Shown: positions 10,613-21,921, numbered from the stretch's first letter. The stretch: DNA of 64,000 nucleotides from an uncultured Spirochaetota bacterium (GCA_963827275.1 CAWHAA010000005.1:608001-672000); one strand, 5' to 3'. The notes: generated by a model not told the origin, from the letters alone. Numbers and translations are program-made.

Positions 10613-11182
10613 ATGGCTTGTGTTAAAACAGTTTTGGTTATATTGAGTGCACCGAGGAGATCATTTTTGCGGATCCGGAAAAAAACAACCACCCGCCCCG
10701 TCACCGCAGCGATTGCATGCGCCGCGGCACTTTTCGTTTTCGCGGCCTTCCTGGGGGCCGATGACACGACGGACCTGAGGGCCCGCATCATCGATACGGC
10801 GAAAAAATATCTCGGGGCGCGCTATAATTACGGTGGCATGGGCGCCAACGGGTTCGATTGCTCGGGGTTCGTCCAGCACGTATTCCGCGAAAACGGCATC
10901 ACGCTCCCCCGTTCAACGCCGGACCAGTTCGAGGGCGGGAAAAAAATAGACCTGGAGGAAGCCAGGCCGGGCGATCTCCTGTTCTTCAGGATCTATAACG
11001 GCCGCATCTCACATGTGGGCATCTTTATGGAAAAATCGGTCTTCATCCACGCCCCCTCCTACGGCAAGCGCGTCTCGTTTGCGGACATGAACCTCGGATA
11101 CTGGAAAAATAAATTTGCCGGTGCGGTTACCTATATCGGCGTGAAAGGCGATGTGCCGAAAGACCGGACATCGGGTCGTTGA
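10613..11182 (+). CDS. NlpC/P60 (C40) peptidoglycan peptidase; start uncertain
   Basis: Y.YGG...GFDCSGFV, LPRS, PGDLLFF, SHVGI, FIHA. Confidence 0.9.
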   Translation: MACVKTVLVILSAPRRSFLRIRKKTTTRPVTAAIACAAALFVFAAFLGADDTTDLRARIIDTAKKYLGARYNYGGMGANGFDCSGFVQHVFRENGITLPRSTPDQFEGGKKIDLEEARPGDLLFFRIYNGRISHVGIFMEKSVFIHAPSYGKRVSFADMNLGYWKNKFAGAVTYIGVKGDVPKDRTSGR

Positions 11183-11800
11183 TCACCCCATCTCGAGGGT
11201 GTTGGACACGAGCCTGAACAGCTCCTCCTGCAACGCGCCCCGTTCCATCTCTTTCAGCTTCTTCTTATGTAACACAAAAAAATAATAACTCAATCGAAGC
11301 ACGGCGCCAAGCACGGCATTGCCCGCGACTTCCAGGTTGAAATCTTTCGGAATGTGCCCCCACCGCTGGCCCAGCTCGATATCGTTCAGTATGACCTTCA
11401 GCACCTTGTCCTCGAAGATCCGTACCGCGGTTTCAAAATTTTTATTCACCCCCACCGCGATCCTGAGTATGATGTTCGTCCGGTCCTGGTTATCCCTGAA
11501 AAAATCCGATGTTTTTTTCAGCCGGTGCCGCAGATATTCCTGCGCGTAATAGATCCCCGGCCTGTCACCGCCGAAGTCTTGCAGGCTCAACGATATGGCC
11601 TCTTCCCAGTCGCGAACATAATGCGAAAGGAGCAGCTTGAATATGGCCTCTTTGTTCCTGAAATACTGATAGATGGTCCCTTTCGCCACTCCCGCCATCT
11701 CGACAATATCGGATACCTGCGTCTCATAGTAGCCCTTTCTTGAAAATGCCTTTTCGGCGCAATCAAGGAGATGTTCTTTTGTTTTATCGCTTTTTTTCAT
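11183..11800 (-). CDS. TetR/AcrR-family regulator
   Basis: AFSRKGY...DIVEMAGVAKGTIYQYFRNKE HTH. Confidence 0.92.
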   Translation of the reverse strand: MKKSDKTKEHLLDCAEKAFSRKGYYETQVSDIVEMAGVAKGTIYQYFRNKEAIFKLLLSHYVRDWEEAISLSLQDFGGDRPGIYYAQEYLRHRLKKTSDFFRDNQDRTNIILRIAVGVNKNFETAVRIFEDKVLKVILNDIELGQRWGHIPKDFNLEVAGNAVLGAVLRLSYYFFVLHKKKLKEMERGALQEELFRLVSNTLEMG

Positions 11801-12227
11801 GGTTGTATCCTCCCGCCGATATTCTGTCGTCTTGCGAGCCCCATCTGTTGATGAGCACCTGTTATACAGGTATCGAACTGAAGTGTCAGTTTTTAATAAT
11901 TGACAAAATTTTATATGATACTAAATTGTTGCTATATGAGTTTTTAATTATGGTGCAATAGTATTATAATTCTTTAGAATTTAATTATCAACAATTATTC
12001 TGATTTACTCATATACTTACATCTTTTACTGGAATAAATATTTTTATAAATATATATTGAAAAAAAATACGTTTACGGGTAGATTGTTATTTAATAATAA
12101 AATATCTTCTTGCCATATATTAAAAACATGCAAGAGTATTTTTTTTCCATTATTCACAAAATTTTATCATTAATAGTTTGAGGTTTAAAAGATCATCTGG
12201 TCGATTTTTGCAAATTACATGATAAAG

Positions 12228-12241
12228 ACCGTCTGGACGGT
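12228..12241. promoter_or_regulatory. Candidate TetR operator
   Basis: Palindrome ACCGTC-TG-GACGGT in the AT-rich divergent tetR/fadL-like spacer; 11/14 match at 15276-15289. Confidence 0.4.
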
Positions 12242-12480
12242 TATATATTTTTTAAGTCAACATAAGTTATATTTTTATATATTTTAATATTTCTATTTTA
12301 TTTTAAATTATTAAAAGGTTTAATTCCAAACCATTACATATGCGACCCAGGGATAGTTAATGAATCATGCACTGACTATCCTGAACAGCTATAGCAGTAC
12401 GGTGAGGGTATAATACTTGACAGTTGTTAAAAAAGTATTATATGATCACACAATTTTATAAGGAGATAATGGGTGCGGCA

Positions 12481-14013
12481 ATGAAATTAAAAAATTTATC
12501 AATCCTGCTTACGATTTTCGTTTTCATCGGAGTATCATCGAACCTGTTCGCGAACCACTTTGGTGAAACTTTCGGGTTCTCCGCCGAAGGTATGGCGCGC
12601 GGAAACGCAATGACGGCCGTTGTTAATGACTGGTCTTCTGTTTTCTATAACGTGGGGGGCCTGGGAAAATCCCTCAACATAAAGGGAGCGGGTGCCGGCA
12701 GCCAGGGCGGGGAAATGACCCTGAAACTCAGGAAGAACGATGCCGGAGGAGATTCGGGAGAGAAAGAATTCTACCCGAACCAATTCGCATTGGGAGTAAT
12801 GTATGTATTCCCGCAGCTCAAGCTGAACATCCAGCGCTTCGGGACAACCAGCACCGGTTCATTCATCCCTGTTACCACCGAAGCTTCCAACAAGCAGGAC
12901 CCGTACGGTTTTATCACGGTCGGCGGCGTCCTCGACCTCAATAACGTCGTGAAGCTGCCTGACCTTATCTCGACGGCCCGCCTGGGCGTCGGCCTGGGGC
13001 TGAACGCAGACCTGACCGTTGCGAAGGTCAACGACATCGACCCGCGGACCCACAACTTCCTCCGCTACGGCAAGGAAATCTCCCGCCTGGCCCTCATGGT
13101 GGGCGCGGGCATGGGGTTCCTGAATGACGCCTTCGGCGGCGGCATCGGATTTCACGGCAACTTTAACGGGAAAGGAAAGATGTTCATGGAAGCCCAGCTT
13201 ACCGCGAACCCGCAGATCCCCATCGCGCAGACAAACATGGACCTCGGCCTTGCACCCGGCGCCATCGCCGGCGTATACATCAGCCCGGGCAGAATCTTCA
13301 GCGCAATTGAAGGCCTCGAGCTCGGCGCGTCGTACCGGATGGAAAACAAGATGAAGGTCGAGCCCTTTGACGCGGCGGCCTCAATACTGGGCGGCGTCAT
13401 CAACATGAACCTGATGCTCGAGATCTTTGACTACTATTCACCCCACATCATTACGGGCGGCATCGCGTACAGCCGCTGGGGACTCACGTTGTCGGCTGAC
13501 CTCAACTACGAGATGTGGTCGCGCATGATGGTGGGCAAATCGACGAAATACCATTACTATTCACTGCCGAAGTTTAACGACACGCTTTCATACAAGGTCG
13601 GTCTCAAGTACAACACCCCGGTCTCCTGGCTGGCGGTCATGGTCGGCTATTCATACGTGCCCAGCATCCTGGACAAAAAGACCGGCACCATGTACGCCTT
13701 CCGGCTGGGAACGGTGCAAAACCTGCTGCAGACCGGCATGTATAACATGATGGACAACAACAAGCACCTCGCATCGCTGGGATTCACCTTCACAATCCCG
13801 AAGATGTGGAAGCTCGGCGGCATGGTCGTCATCACCGCATCCTACCAGTTCCAGTACCTGGAAACGGTAAGTGTTTCGAGAAACGGCCTGAGCATCGATC
13901 TTGCGACCGGGGCCCAGGACCCCGCGATGATCAACGCATACCTGCTGAACCCGAGCTATTCATACGGCGGGATGAACCACAGCATATTCTTCGAAGTCGG
14001 CATGAAGATATAA
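12481..14013 (+). CDS. FadL/OmpP1-like outer-membrane beta-barrel
   Basis: Signal peptide; GMARGNAMTAVVNDWSSVFYNVGGL hatch motif; amphipathic strands; C-terminal FFEVGMKI. Confidence 0.75.
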   Translation: MKLKNLSILLTIFVFIGVSSNLFANHFGETFGFSAEGMARGNAMTAVVNDWSSVFYNVGGLGKSLNIKGAGAGSQGGEMTLKLRKNDAGGDSGEKEFYPNQFALGVMYVFPQLKLNIQRFGTTSTGSFIPVTTEASNKQDPYGFITVGGVLDLNNVVKLPDLISTARLGVGLGLNADLTVAKVNDIDPRTHNFLRYGKEISRLALMVGAGMGFLNDAFGGGIGFHGNFNGKGKMFMEAQLTANPQIPIAQTNMDLGLAPGAIAGVYISPGRIFSAIEGLELGASYRMENKMKVEPFDAAASILGGVINMNLMLEIFDYYSPHIITGGIAYSRWGLTLSADLNYEMWSRMMVGKSTKYHYYSLPKFNDTLSYKVGLKYNTPVSWLAVMVGYSYVPSILDKKTGTMYAFRLGTVQNLLQTGMYNMMDNNKHLASLGFTFTIPKMWKLGGMVVITASYQFQYLETVSVSRNGLSIDLATGAQDPAMINAYLLNPSYSYGGMNHSIFFEVGMKI

Positions 14014-14036
14014 CGCGCCATCTGCATGACAACCCG

Positions 14037-14064
14037 AAGCCGGGCCCTCGGGCCCGGCTTTTTT
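14037..14064 (+). terminator. Rho-independent terminator
   Basis: AAGCCGGGCCC-TC-GGGCCCGGCTTTTTT. Confidence 0.85.
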
Positions 14065-14080
14065 ATCGGCGGAGCAAACA

Positions 14081-15244
14081 ATGCCCGATCACCCGGCAAC
14101 CATCCTGCAGCCGGCCCGCTATTTCAATGGACGCGGGCCCGTACGCTCTTTCTTCGCACCGGGGAGGATCAATATCATCGGCGAACACCTCGACTATAAC
14201 GGCGGATACGTGTTCCCGGCCGCGATATCCCTGGGCATAACGGGATGGGTCCAGGACAGGGAGGACCGCCTCATCAGGATCGCCTCTGAACAGGCGCCCG
14301 GCGAGGTCATTGCCGACCTCGACCGTCTCCCCGGCGATACTGCCACGGGGACGTGGGGCGATTATCCGCTGGGAGCGGTCCGCTACCTGTTGAAAAGCGG
14401 CCATGCGATCGAACGGGGGAAAAACCTCCTCTACGCAAGCACCCTCCCCCAGGGGGCCGGGCTTTCTTCCTCGGCTGCGCTGGAGGTCCTGACCGCGTTC
14501 ATGCTCACCGCGGACTCATGCAAAACACCGGAGGACCGTGTCCGCATGGCGCGTCTCATGAGCGCCATGGAAAATGAATGGATCGGCGTCCGCTGCGGCA
14601 TCATGGACCAGTTTGCCGTGGCGCTCGGCAGGAAGGGGCACGCGATCCTGCTCGATTCGGGGAGCCTTGAATATGACTATGTGCCCCTGCCCGCCGGCGG
14701 CCCCGCCCTTGTCATCATGAACAGCAACCGCCCCAGGGAGCTTGCGGACTCGAAATACAATGAGCGGCGCGCCCAGTGCGAGGAGGCCCTCTCCCGTATC
14801 AGGGAAAAGAGGGGCGGCACCGGCGCCCTCGCCCGCGCCGACGCCGCGGACCTCGAGCTCATCAGTGACGACACCCTCCGCAGGCGCGCCCGTCATGTCA
14901 TATCAGAACAGCGCCGGGTGATCGAGTCAACCGCGGCCCTCAACCGGGGCGACCATGAACTGTTCGGCAGGCTCCTCTCCGGGTCCCACCGGTCTTTGAG
15001 GGACGACTACGAGGTCACCGGTCAGGAGCTTGACGCGCTGGTTGCGGCGGCGGAACGCTCGCCCGGGTGCATGGGCGCGCGCATGACCGGCGCCGGCTTC
15101 GGCGGCTGTGCCATCGCCCTGGTCAGCGGGCCTGAAATCAGCCGGTTCCGGAAACGCGCAGGAGATGAATATCATGCGGCAACCGGGCTGTCCGCGGATT
15201 TTTACGAGTTTACTCCGGAAAACGGCGTCCACGAGATAAAATAA
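14081..15244 (+). CDS. galK: Galactokinase
   Basis: APGRINIIGEHLDYNGG, GAGLSSSAALE, CGIMDQF, GARMTGAGFGGC. Confidence 0.96.
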   Translation: MPDHPATILQPARYFNGRGPVRSFFAPGRINIIGEHLDYNGGYVFPAAISLGITGWVQDREDRLIRIASEQAPGEVIADLDRLPGDTATGTWGDYPLGAVRYLLKSGHAIERGKNLLYASTLPQGAGLSSSAALEVLTAFMLTADSCKTPEDRVRMARLMSAMENEWIGVRCGIMDQFAVALGRKGHAILLDSGSLEYDYVPLPAGGPALVIMNSNRPRELADSKYNERRAQCEEALSRIREKRGGTGALARADAADLELISDDTLRRRARHVISEQRRVIESTAALNRGDHELFGRLLSGSHRSLRDDYEVTGQELDALVAAAERSPGCMGARMTGAGFGGCAIALVSGPEISRFRKRAGDEYHAATGLSADFYEFTPENGVHEIK

Positions 15245-15505
15245 CAGCCGCCGATCATTTCCGGACCATGGTCAGGCCGACTGGACGGGTCCGTAGCTCA
15301 CGATGGATTTTTATAACCGGTAAAAAAAATTATTATACAATAAACGCTCCATAGGTCATTATGGCATTGTAGTCCATGCTGCTCCGCCCTGTCATGAAAG
15401 CGGGCAGGCAGCATGAAGCATTGCAATCGCATAGAGAACGAGGGGAATGAATAAAAAAAATCCCGCCTCAAAAGTGACGATACATATTACCGTTGAGGTC
15501 ATATC

Positions 15506-17515
15506 ATGAACTTGAAACGGGGAACAATACGATACCAGTTCGGCAAGCGTGAATACACGCTTTCATTCACTCCCGGAATTCCCGCCTCGTCCCGGGGAAT
15601 GGAAGTTCTCTCGGAAATGATACACCTCGACCAGGGCTGGCGGGTGAAGATCGCACTTGTGCCTGAAGCCCCTGTCACGATCAAAGAAGCGTTTCTGGAA
15701 ATCAACTACCGCTTTACCGGCGATGACCGGATCTACTGCAACGGGTTCCAGTCGTGGACCGAAAGCCGCGAATATTATCCGAATGAAAAAATGAAAAAAC
15801 TCTCCCTTTCGTCGCGGAAGTTCAAGATACACCGCATCGGGGACTACCACTTCTATCCCTACTCCGGCGGCACGGGACAGCTTCACAGCCACATGTACTG
15901 CTATATCAAGCAAAAGACCGGCGACCTGAGCTTTCTCGGGTCGCTCGGCGAAGATACCGGCTATACCATTTTCGCCTGCGATACCAAAAAAAACTTCATT
16001 AAAATAATCAAGGACGTCGAAGGCCTGGAAATAGCGGTACGCCACGACCTCATGGACATCATGCTCACGCAGGGGCCCGAACGGGACATTCTGCCGGCCT
16101 ATTTCGACGGGCTCTGCCCCGGGCTCGAAACGCGGTGGCCGGCCACCGGATGGACAAGCTGGTACAAGCACTACACGAACATATCCGAGGATATCATCCT
16201 CGACAACCTGTCGTCCTTCACGAAGAACAACATCCCCATCGATATTTTCCAGGTCGATGACGGCTACCAGGCCGCCGTGGGCGACTGGCTCGACGTAAAG
16301 CCTTCCTTCCCGAACGGGATGAAGCATATCGCCGATACGATCAGGGCTGCGGGCCGGGTGCCCGGCATATGGCTCGCCCCGTTCATCTGCGAGGAAGGAT
16401 CGAAGATAATGAAGGACCATCCCGACTGGCTCCTCATGTCCGGCGGCAAGCCGGTGACGGCCGGATGGAACCCGAACTGGAGCGGGACCTTTTACGCCCT
16501 CGACGCGAATAACGACGAGTTTCTCTACCATGTCCGCGAGGTATTCGATACCGTGCTCAACCAGTGGGGGTTCGACCTGGTGAAGCTCGATTTTCTCTAC
16601 GCGGCGGCGATGGTCCCGCGCGCGGGCAAGACGCGCGGCACCATCATGGCCGAAGCCATGAAATTCCTGCGCCGGTGCGCGGGCGACAGGCTGGTCCTGG
16701 CCTGCGGGGTGCCGCTGGGCGCGGCGTTCGGCATGACGGACTTCTGCCGCGTGGGGAGCGATGTGGCCCCGAAATGGGAAGACCACCTCCTCTCGGCGCT
16801 ACATTACCGCGAGCGCGTCTCGACCGCGAACTCCCTGGCCAGCACGGTCGGGAGGGCGCACCTGAACGGCCGCGTCTTTGTAAACGACCCGGACGCCGTC
16901 ATCCTCCGGAATGAAAACAATTCAATGAGCCGCGAAGAACGCTTCACGCTGTTCCTGCTGAACAATATCCTGGGCGGCCTTCTCTTCACGTCCGACGACA
17001 TCGCCGCGTACCCTCCGGACATCATGCGCACGTACCTGTCGCTCTTCCCCTTCAAAAAAAAGGAAGGTGTCCAGATTACAATCACCGACCTCGTCCGGAT
17101 ATCCTTCCGGATCGGGGCCAACCAATACGTGGCCTACGCCAACCTCTCATCCCGCCGCGCGAAAGCGGTGCTTGGAGAGGGCGTCTTTTTCTGCGCCGGC
17201 CTGGACGAAGAAGACCGGTTTACTCCCGGCGGCACCGAGATAACACTCAGGCCGCATGAGTCGCGATGCTACCTCGCGCTCAGGGAAGAATTTTTCAGCG
17301 TTGCCGGCACAACGGCGCACCTTTTTCCCGGCAGCGAAATAGTCTCGTGCGAGCAGAAGGGAGAAGCGATCACCATCACCCAGCACAAGCAGGTGAGAAA
17401 CGGCAACACGGTATACCTGAGGGCCCCCAATATCGGGCAGTATATCATCAACGGAACACCGGTCACCGCCCGGAAGATATGGGAAAAGCTGTTCATTCTG
17501 CAAATCGATATATAA
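15506..17515 (+). CDS. Alpha-galactosidase (GH36-like)
   Basis: NGFQSWTES, GWTSWY, FQVDDGYQ...GDW, GIWLAPF, VKLDFLYA, NDPD. Confidence 0.85.
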   Translation: MNLKRGTIRYQFGKREYTLSFTPGIPASSRGMEVLSEMIHLDQGWRVKIALVPEAPVTIKEAFLEINYRFTGDDRIYCNGFQSWTESREYYPNEKMKKLSLSSRKFKIHRIGDYHFYPYSGGTGQLHSHMYCYIKQKTGDLSFLGSLGEDTGYTIFACDTKKNFIKIIKDVEGLEIAVRHDLMDIMLTQGPERDILPAYFDGLCPGLETRWPATGWTSWYKHYTNISEDIILDNLSSFTKNNIPIDIFQVDDGYQAAVGDWLDVKPSFPNGMKHIADTIRAAGRVPGIWLAPFICEEGSKIMKDHPDWLLMSGGKPVTAGWNPNWSGTFYALDANNDEFLYHVREVFDTVLNQWGFDLVKLDFLYAAAMVPRAGKTRGTIMAEAMKFLRRCAGDRLVLACGVPLGAAFGMTDFCRVGSDVAPKWEDHLLSALHYRERVSTANSLASTVGRAHLNGRVFVNDPDAVILRNENNSMSREERFTLFLLNNILGGLLFTSDDIAAYPPDIMRTYLSLFPFKKKEGVQITITDLVRISFRIGANQYVAYANLSSRRAKAVLGEGVFFCAGLDEEDRFTPGGTEITLRPHESRCYLALREEFFSVAGTTAHLFPGSEIVSCEQKGEAITITQHKQVRNGNTVYLRAPNIGQYIINGTPVTARKIWEKLFILQIDI

Positions 17516-17570
17516 CCGGGGCCAGGAAATCCGTCTGTTCCGGTTCCGCACCCCACACAAGGAGGACGAC

Positions 17571-18878
17571 ATGGTACCGTACCTCTTGCCTGAAAATTTT
17601 TACCTCGGAACTGCGACCGCGGCCCTGCAGATAGAGGGGGGTGATATCAACAACACGTGGCTCCGCTGGTGCCGGCAGGCTGGCCGGATCAAGGACGGGA
17701 GCGACTGCCGCGTGGCCGATGACCACTGGAACAGGGTCAGGGAGGACATCGGCATCATGAAGAAGCTGAACGTGACGGCCTACCGCATGGGCCTGGAGTG
17801 GAGCCGCATCCAGCCTGACGAAGACAGCTTCGACCGCGACGCGCTCGAGCATTACCGCGACGAGATCAGCCAGCTGAAAAAAGCGGGCATTCAACCGCTG
17901 ATTACCCTGCACCATTTTTCGAACCCCATCTGGATGGAGGACTCGGGCGGGTGGACAGACGAATCATCGGTCCACCGCTTCGAGCGTTACGCCGAGGTCG
18001 CCGCCCGCTATTTCGGCGACATTGCAAGCGACTGGGTAACCATCAACGAGCCGAACGTCTATCTCCTTTTCGGCTATGTCGCCGGCACATGGCCGCCGGG
18101 CGGGCACAGCATCATCAAATACATGCAGGGCGCGCGGAACATGATCCGGGCGCACATCGCCGCGTACCGGAAAATCCACGAGGTGCGGAAGGCCATGGGG
18201 CACGGCGACACGAAGGTCGGCGTGGCGCACCATCTCCGCGTATTCGAGCCGAAGCGGGGTACCGCGGGAGAGCGCCTCGCGGCCTTTCTGCAAAACCGGC
18301 TCTTTCACGAGATATTCATCACCGGCATGTCCGAGGGGCGATACATCCTGCCGATCGGCGCCGGGTACCCCATGGGCAGGGGAAACTACCAGGACTTCCT
18401 CGGCATCAACTACTACACACGGGAGATGGTCTCGTTCGACATTACGAAGCCGGGGCAGATGTTCGGCGACATCAGCACCCGGGAGGGCGCCCCGGTGAAC
18501 GACCTGGGGTGGGAGCTCTACCCCGAAGGCCTGTACCGGTTCTGCGAAAAATATTACCGCCGCTTCAGGGTCCCCATCTATATCACTGAAAACGGCACCG
18601 CCGACGCCGCAGACCGCTTCAGGACAAAATACATCTACGACCACCTCTTGCAGGTGTCACGCCTGATAGCGGCGGGCGTCGATGTGCAGCGCTACTATCA
18701 CTGGAGCTTCATGGACAACTTCGAATGGGCCGAGGGGCTGGAGCCGCGGTTCGGCCTGGTGGCCGTGGACTATACAACGCAGAAGCGGACGATACGGGAA
18801 AGCGGGAAATTCTACGCCGAGCTGTGCAAACACCGTGGCGTCACGGAAGGGATGATACGAAAGTATCTCAAGAGCTGA
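17571..18878 (+). CDS. GH1 beta-glycosidase
   Basis: GTATAALQIEG, TINEP acid/base, YITENG nucleophile, DNFEWAEG. Confidence 0.94.
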   Translation: MVPYLLPENFYLGTATAALQIEGGDINNTWLRWCRQAGRIKDGSDCRVADDHWNRVREDIGIMKKLNVTAYRMGLEWSRIQPDEDSFDRDALEHYRDEISQLKKAGIQPLITLHHFSNPIWMEDSGGWTDESSVHRFERYAEVAARYFGDIASDWVTINEPNVYLLFGYVAGTWPPGGHSIIKYMQGARNMIRAHIAAYRKIHEVRKAMGHGDTKVGVAHHLRVFEPKRGTAGERLAAFLQNRLFHEIFITGMSEGRYILPIGAGYPMGRGNYQDFLGINYYTREMVSFDITKPGQMFGDISTREGAPVNDLGWELYPEGLYRFCEKYYRRFRVPIYITENGTADAADRFRTKYIYDHLLQVSRLIAAGVDVQRYYHWSFMDNFEWAEGLEPRFGLVAVDYTTQKRTIRESGKFYAELCKHRGVTEGMIRKYLKS

Positions 18879-18916
18879 TCCGGGGCCGCTGACGGCGCGG
18901 CCCCGGCCGGCAGCCG

Positions 18917-19430
18917 CTATTTCTGTAAATTTACCAGCACTTCACCCGCAAGGGCATTCATGCTGTTGTACACCCTCGCACCGAAGCCCCACCAGGGGCT
19001 GTACGAGAATTCGTGGGTCACGACGGTGGCGCGCTTGACCACTTTACCGCTTGCCGCGTCAACATACTCGATGCCGCACTTGACCGTGTAGTTCGACTCG
19101 CTCAGCGAGGCATTGCTGAACTTTACCAGCAACTGTTTCCGCGTCGCGCGGAGCGGCCGCTCCCTTCGTGGCGACGCCGGTCACCGTCCAGCCCTTGAAA
19201 TAGCCCTTTACAAACTTCTGAAGATTTTCATTCTGCGCCTTTATCTCCTGCGCCCATTCGGCCTGTTTCGGATAGCCGTACTTTTTCCAGTTCTGCTCTC
19301 CAAGGTCGAGCCATCCCACATGGACCTTTTTGTATTTCTGGAATTCCGCTTTTACCTGGGCACTGCCGCAGCCTGACGCAAGAATGGCGGCGCACGCAAC
19401 GAGACAGGCCAGCATTGTTAATTTTTTCAT
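18917..19430 (-). CDS. Lipoprotein of unknown function; frameshift near 19132
   Basis: LASGC lipobox; ORFs 19059..19430 and 18917..19132 join by removing one T (ETV-LVKF). Confidence 0.65.
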
Positions 19431-19591
19431 GTAATCCTCCTAAAATTTGTATTTGTATGTTATATAAAAAAGCAATTCTGCTTTTTTCCGGGGAATAAGA
19501 CGGCTTTTAAAACTCCACGGGAAGCCGGTAGATAAACAGTGTCTGCATGAAGGCGCCCGTCAAGCAAATATTTGATGCGGGTGATGTGAGG

Positions 19592-20500
19592 CTACCGCCG
19601 CTCCAGCGCCCTGAAGACGCAAGCATATTCGCCCTTCGCGTTCCAGGCGACCCACCCGCGCGCGCCGGTCGATTCCGCCCCGTCGATCTGGAGCGCAACG
19701 TAGCGCTCGAGGCCCACGCGGGCCCACCCTATGTTGTAGCCGAAGGCCTGGATGAAGGGCTGGACCGTGGCGCGGGTCCCTTTCACCCTCTCGAGCCCTC
19801 TGGCCGTCCCGTCCCGAACGGTCTCGCCGGGATTGGCCAGCCGGTCCCTGTCTCCGGTGAAATGGCTCGGGTAGAGCATGGGATAGATGACATCGGCATG
19901 TTTCGCGAAGTTTTCTATCTTCTGGCCGATGATGTCGTCGCGGTTGTACACGACCCTGCCGAAAAGGTCCGCGGAGAGCACGACCCCGCGCGCGTCTGCG
20001 ATCCCGCGCGCGCGTTTCAGGAGCCGGTCCACGAAATCGTACTTCGCTGAAAGGGCATAGAACGGGGCGCCGTCGGGGAAGCGGATATAATCGAGCTGGA
20101 CCTCGTCGAACCCGGCGGCCGCGGCCTCCTCGATCGTCGCGAAGAGGCGGTCCATCTGCTCCTCCGGCACCGGTAGCGATTTCAGCCCGTCCTGGAAGCA
20201 GACGACCCGCGCGGCGAGGTAGATCCCCTCGCGTTTCAGGTACCCGATCACGTCGCGGTTCATCCTCGTGCGGGCTGACATGAAGGGCTGGACGTCCATG
20301 ACAAGCATGTTGATGCCAAGGGGCTTCCCATCTTTCACCACCGCCCTGGCATAGTCCGGGCTGCAGGCCTGGCGGTTCGGCACGTACAGGCCGCGGAGCA
20401 GTCCCCGTCCCCCGCGCGGCGACATCCCCGCGGTCGAGCACGAGAGGCAGCCCATGGCGGCCGGGACAAGCAGGAGTATGATGACGCGCAGCCGGAGCAT
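19592..20500 (-). CDS. Putative glycoside hydrolase lipoprotein (DUF4015-like)
   Basis: ARVVCFQD, GFDEVQLDYIRFP, SADLFG, IGQ, PMLYPSH. Confidence 0.75.
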   Translation of the reverse strand: MLRLRVIILLLVPAAMGCLSCSTAGMSPRGGRGLLRGLYVPNRQACSPDYARAVVKDGKPLGINMLVMDVQPFMSARTRMNRDVIGYLKREGIYLAARVVCFQDGLKSLPVPEEQMDRLFATIEEAAAAGFDEVQLDYIRFPDGAPFYALSAKYDFVDRLLKRARGIADARGVVLSADLFGRVVYNRDDIIGQKIENFAKHADVIYPMLYPSHFTGDRDRLANPGETVRDGTARGLERVKGTRATVQPFIQAFGYNIGWARVGLERYVALQIDGAESTGARGWVAWNAKGEYACVFRALERR

Positions 20501-20501
20501 A

Positions 20502-21833
20502 TCAGGACATCGACTTCGCCCGCGCCGCGAGCTTTTCACGGAGCGCTGCCTCGTCTTTCGGAAAAGACCAGAGCATGACAAGAAGGAATATGCCGCATAC
20601 CACCCAGAAGAGGTTCGCTATATTAAAGGCGGTGAGCCTTCCGAACCTGACGATAAAAAAGCTGATGATGACCGGGCCGAAGCCCTTGCCCAGGTTGTCC
20701 GTAAGGTTAAAAAGGGCGAAGATGGAGCCGCGCGTCTCCGGCGTGTTCACGTTCAGGAGCATGGCTTTGACGTTCGGCCCGGTGATGGATATCAGGAAGC
20801 CGGTCACGAATCCGAGGGCCAGCGGTACCGCGACGTTCTGGTCGGCCGCGCCCGCGCTGCCCGGGTAATTGAGGAGGAGCGCCATGGGAATGATCCCTGC
20901 AAGGGTCGAGGCGCCGCACAGGAGCGGCAGGTATTTCGCCCCGATGTTGTACACCTTGTTCCCGAGCAGGCCGCCGATGAAGGCCCCCAGGATCGCGGCT
21001 CCGCCGATCACCATCACGATCAGGGTCGCCGCCTCCACCGAGAAGCCCTTGTCCTGGGAATAAAAATCATTCAGGTAGATAAAGAAGACGCCCCAGGGCA
21101 CGGTGCCCGGGATGCCCTGGAGAAAGGCGAGGATATTGCTTTTGACCCTGAAAAGCTCCCGGTACTGTTTCCAGTTGATCCTGCCCGTATATGCCATCCC
21201 CTTCTCGATAAGGTCCCGGAGGCTCTCTTCCGTGATCCCGCGCGGCGGCTCCTTCACGCTGAACAGCATGAGGGCGCAGAGGAAAAAATTCGGTATGGCG
21301 ACGATGATGAACGGGAGGCGCCATCCCATTGCAGGCCCGATGAAGCCGGCCAGGAGCTGTCCCCCGGCGATGCCGAGTCCCTCGGCAAGGGCGATCCAGG
21401 CCGTCGCCGTGGCGCGGTTGCCGTGGGAAAAATAATCCCCGATCATCGAGTAGGTAAGCGGGATGGCGCCGCCGATGCCGATGCCCGTCAGCGCGCGGAG
21501 CCAGAAGAGCTGTTCGTAATTCTGCGCGAAGCCGGTCAGAAGGCAGGGGATCTCCCCGATGATAATGACTGCGATAAAGAGTTTTTTTCTCGGAACGAGG
21601 TCGGTCAGGTAACCGATGCCCAGCGTTATCAGGCTGCCGAGCACCCAGAACACCGCCGATATGTTTCCCCCGAGCATGACGTCACGCTGAACGTCATCGA
21701 GCCCCAGGTCGCGCGCGATCTGGGTCAGGTTGGGCGCCATGAGGTTCTGGTCGGCAAACAGGAACAGGTTCATGAGGGCCAGCAACATCACGGCATAGAG
21801 CTCTCTGCCGACAAACCGGGCCTTCTTGTCCAT
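20502..21833 (-). CDS. MFS transporter (Spinster-like)
   Basis: About 12 hydrophobic segments; GYLTDLVPRK, RALTGIGIGG, IGDYF, GWRLPF. Confidence 0.85.
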   Translation of the reverse strand: MDKKARFVGRELYAVMLLALMNLFLFADQNLMAPNLTQIARDLGLDDVQRDVMLGGNISAVFWVLGSLITLGIGYLTDLVPRKKLFIAVIIIGEIPCLLTGFAQNYEQLFWLRALTGIGIGGAIPLTYSMIGDYFSHGNRATATAWIALAEGLGIAGGQLLAGFIGPAMGWRLPFIIVAIPNFFLCALMLFSVKEPPRGITEESLRDLIEKGMAYTGRINWKQYRELFRVKSNILAFLQGIPGTVPWGVFFIYLNDFYSQDKGFSVEAATLIVMVIGGAAILGAFIGGLLGNKVYNIGAKYLPLLCGASTLAGIIPMALLLNYPGSAGAADQNVAVPLALGFVTGFLISITGPNVKAMLLNVNTPETRGSIFALFNLTDNLGKGFGPVIISFFIVRFGRLTAFNIANLFWVVCGIFLLVMLWSFPKDEAALREKLAARAKSMS

Positions 21834-21921
21834 CGGAACACCTCCGCGTGCGTTTTCCGGATCATGGCACGGCGTCGGCCCTCTGTCAATTCTTTAACCG
21901 GGCCTCCTGCCCTGCGCGACG

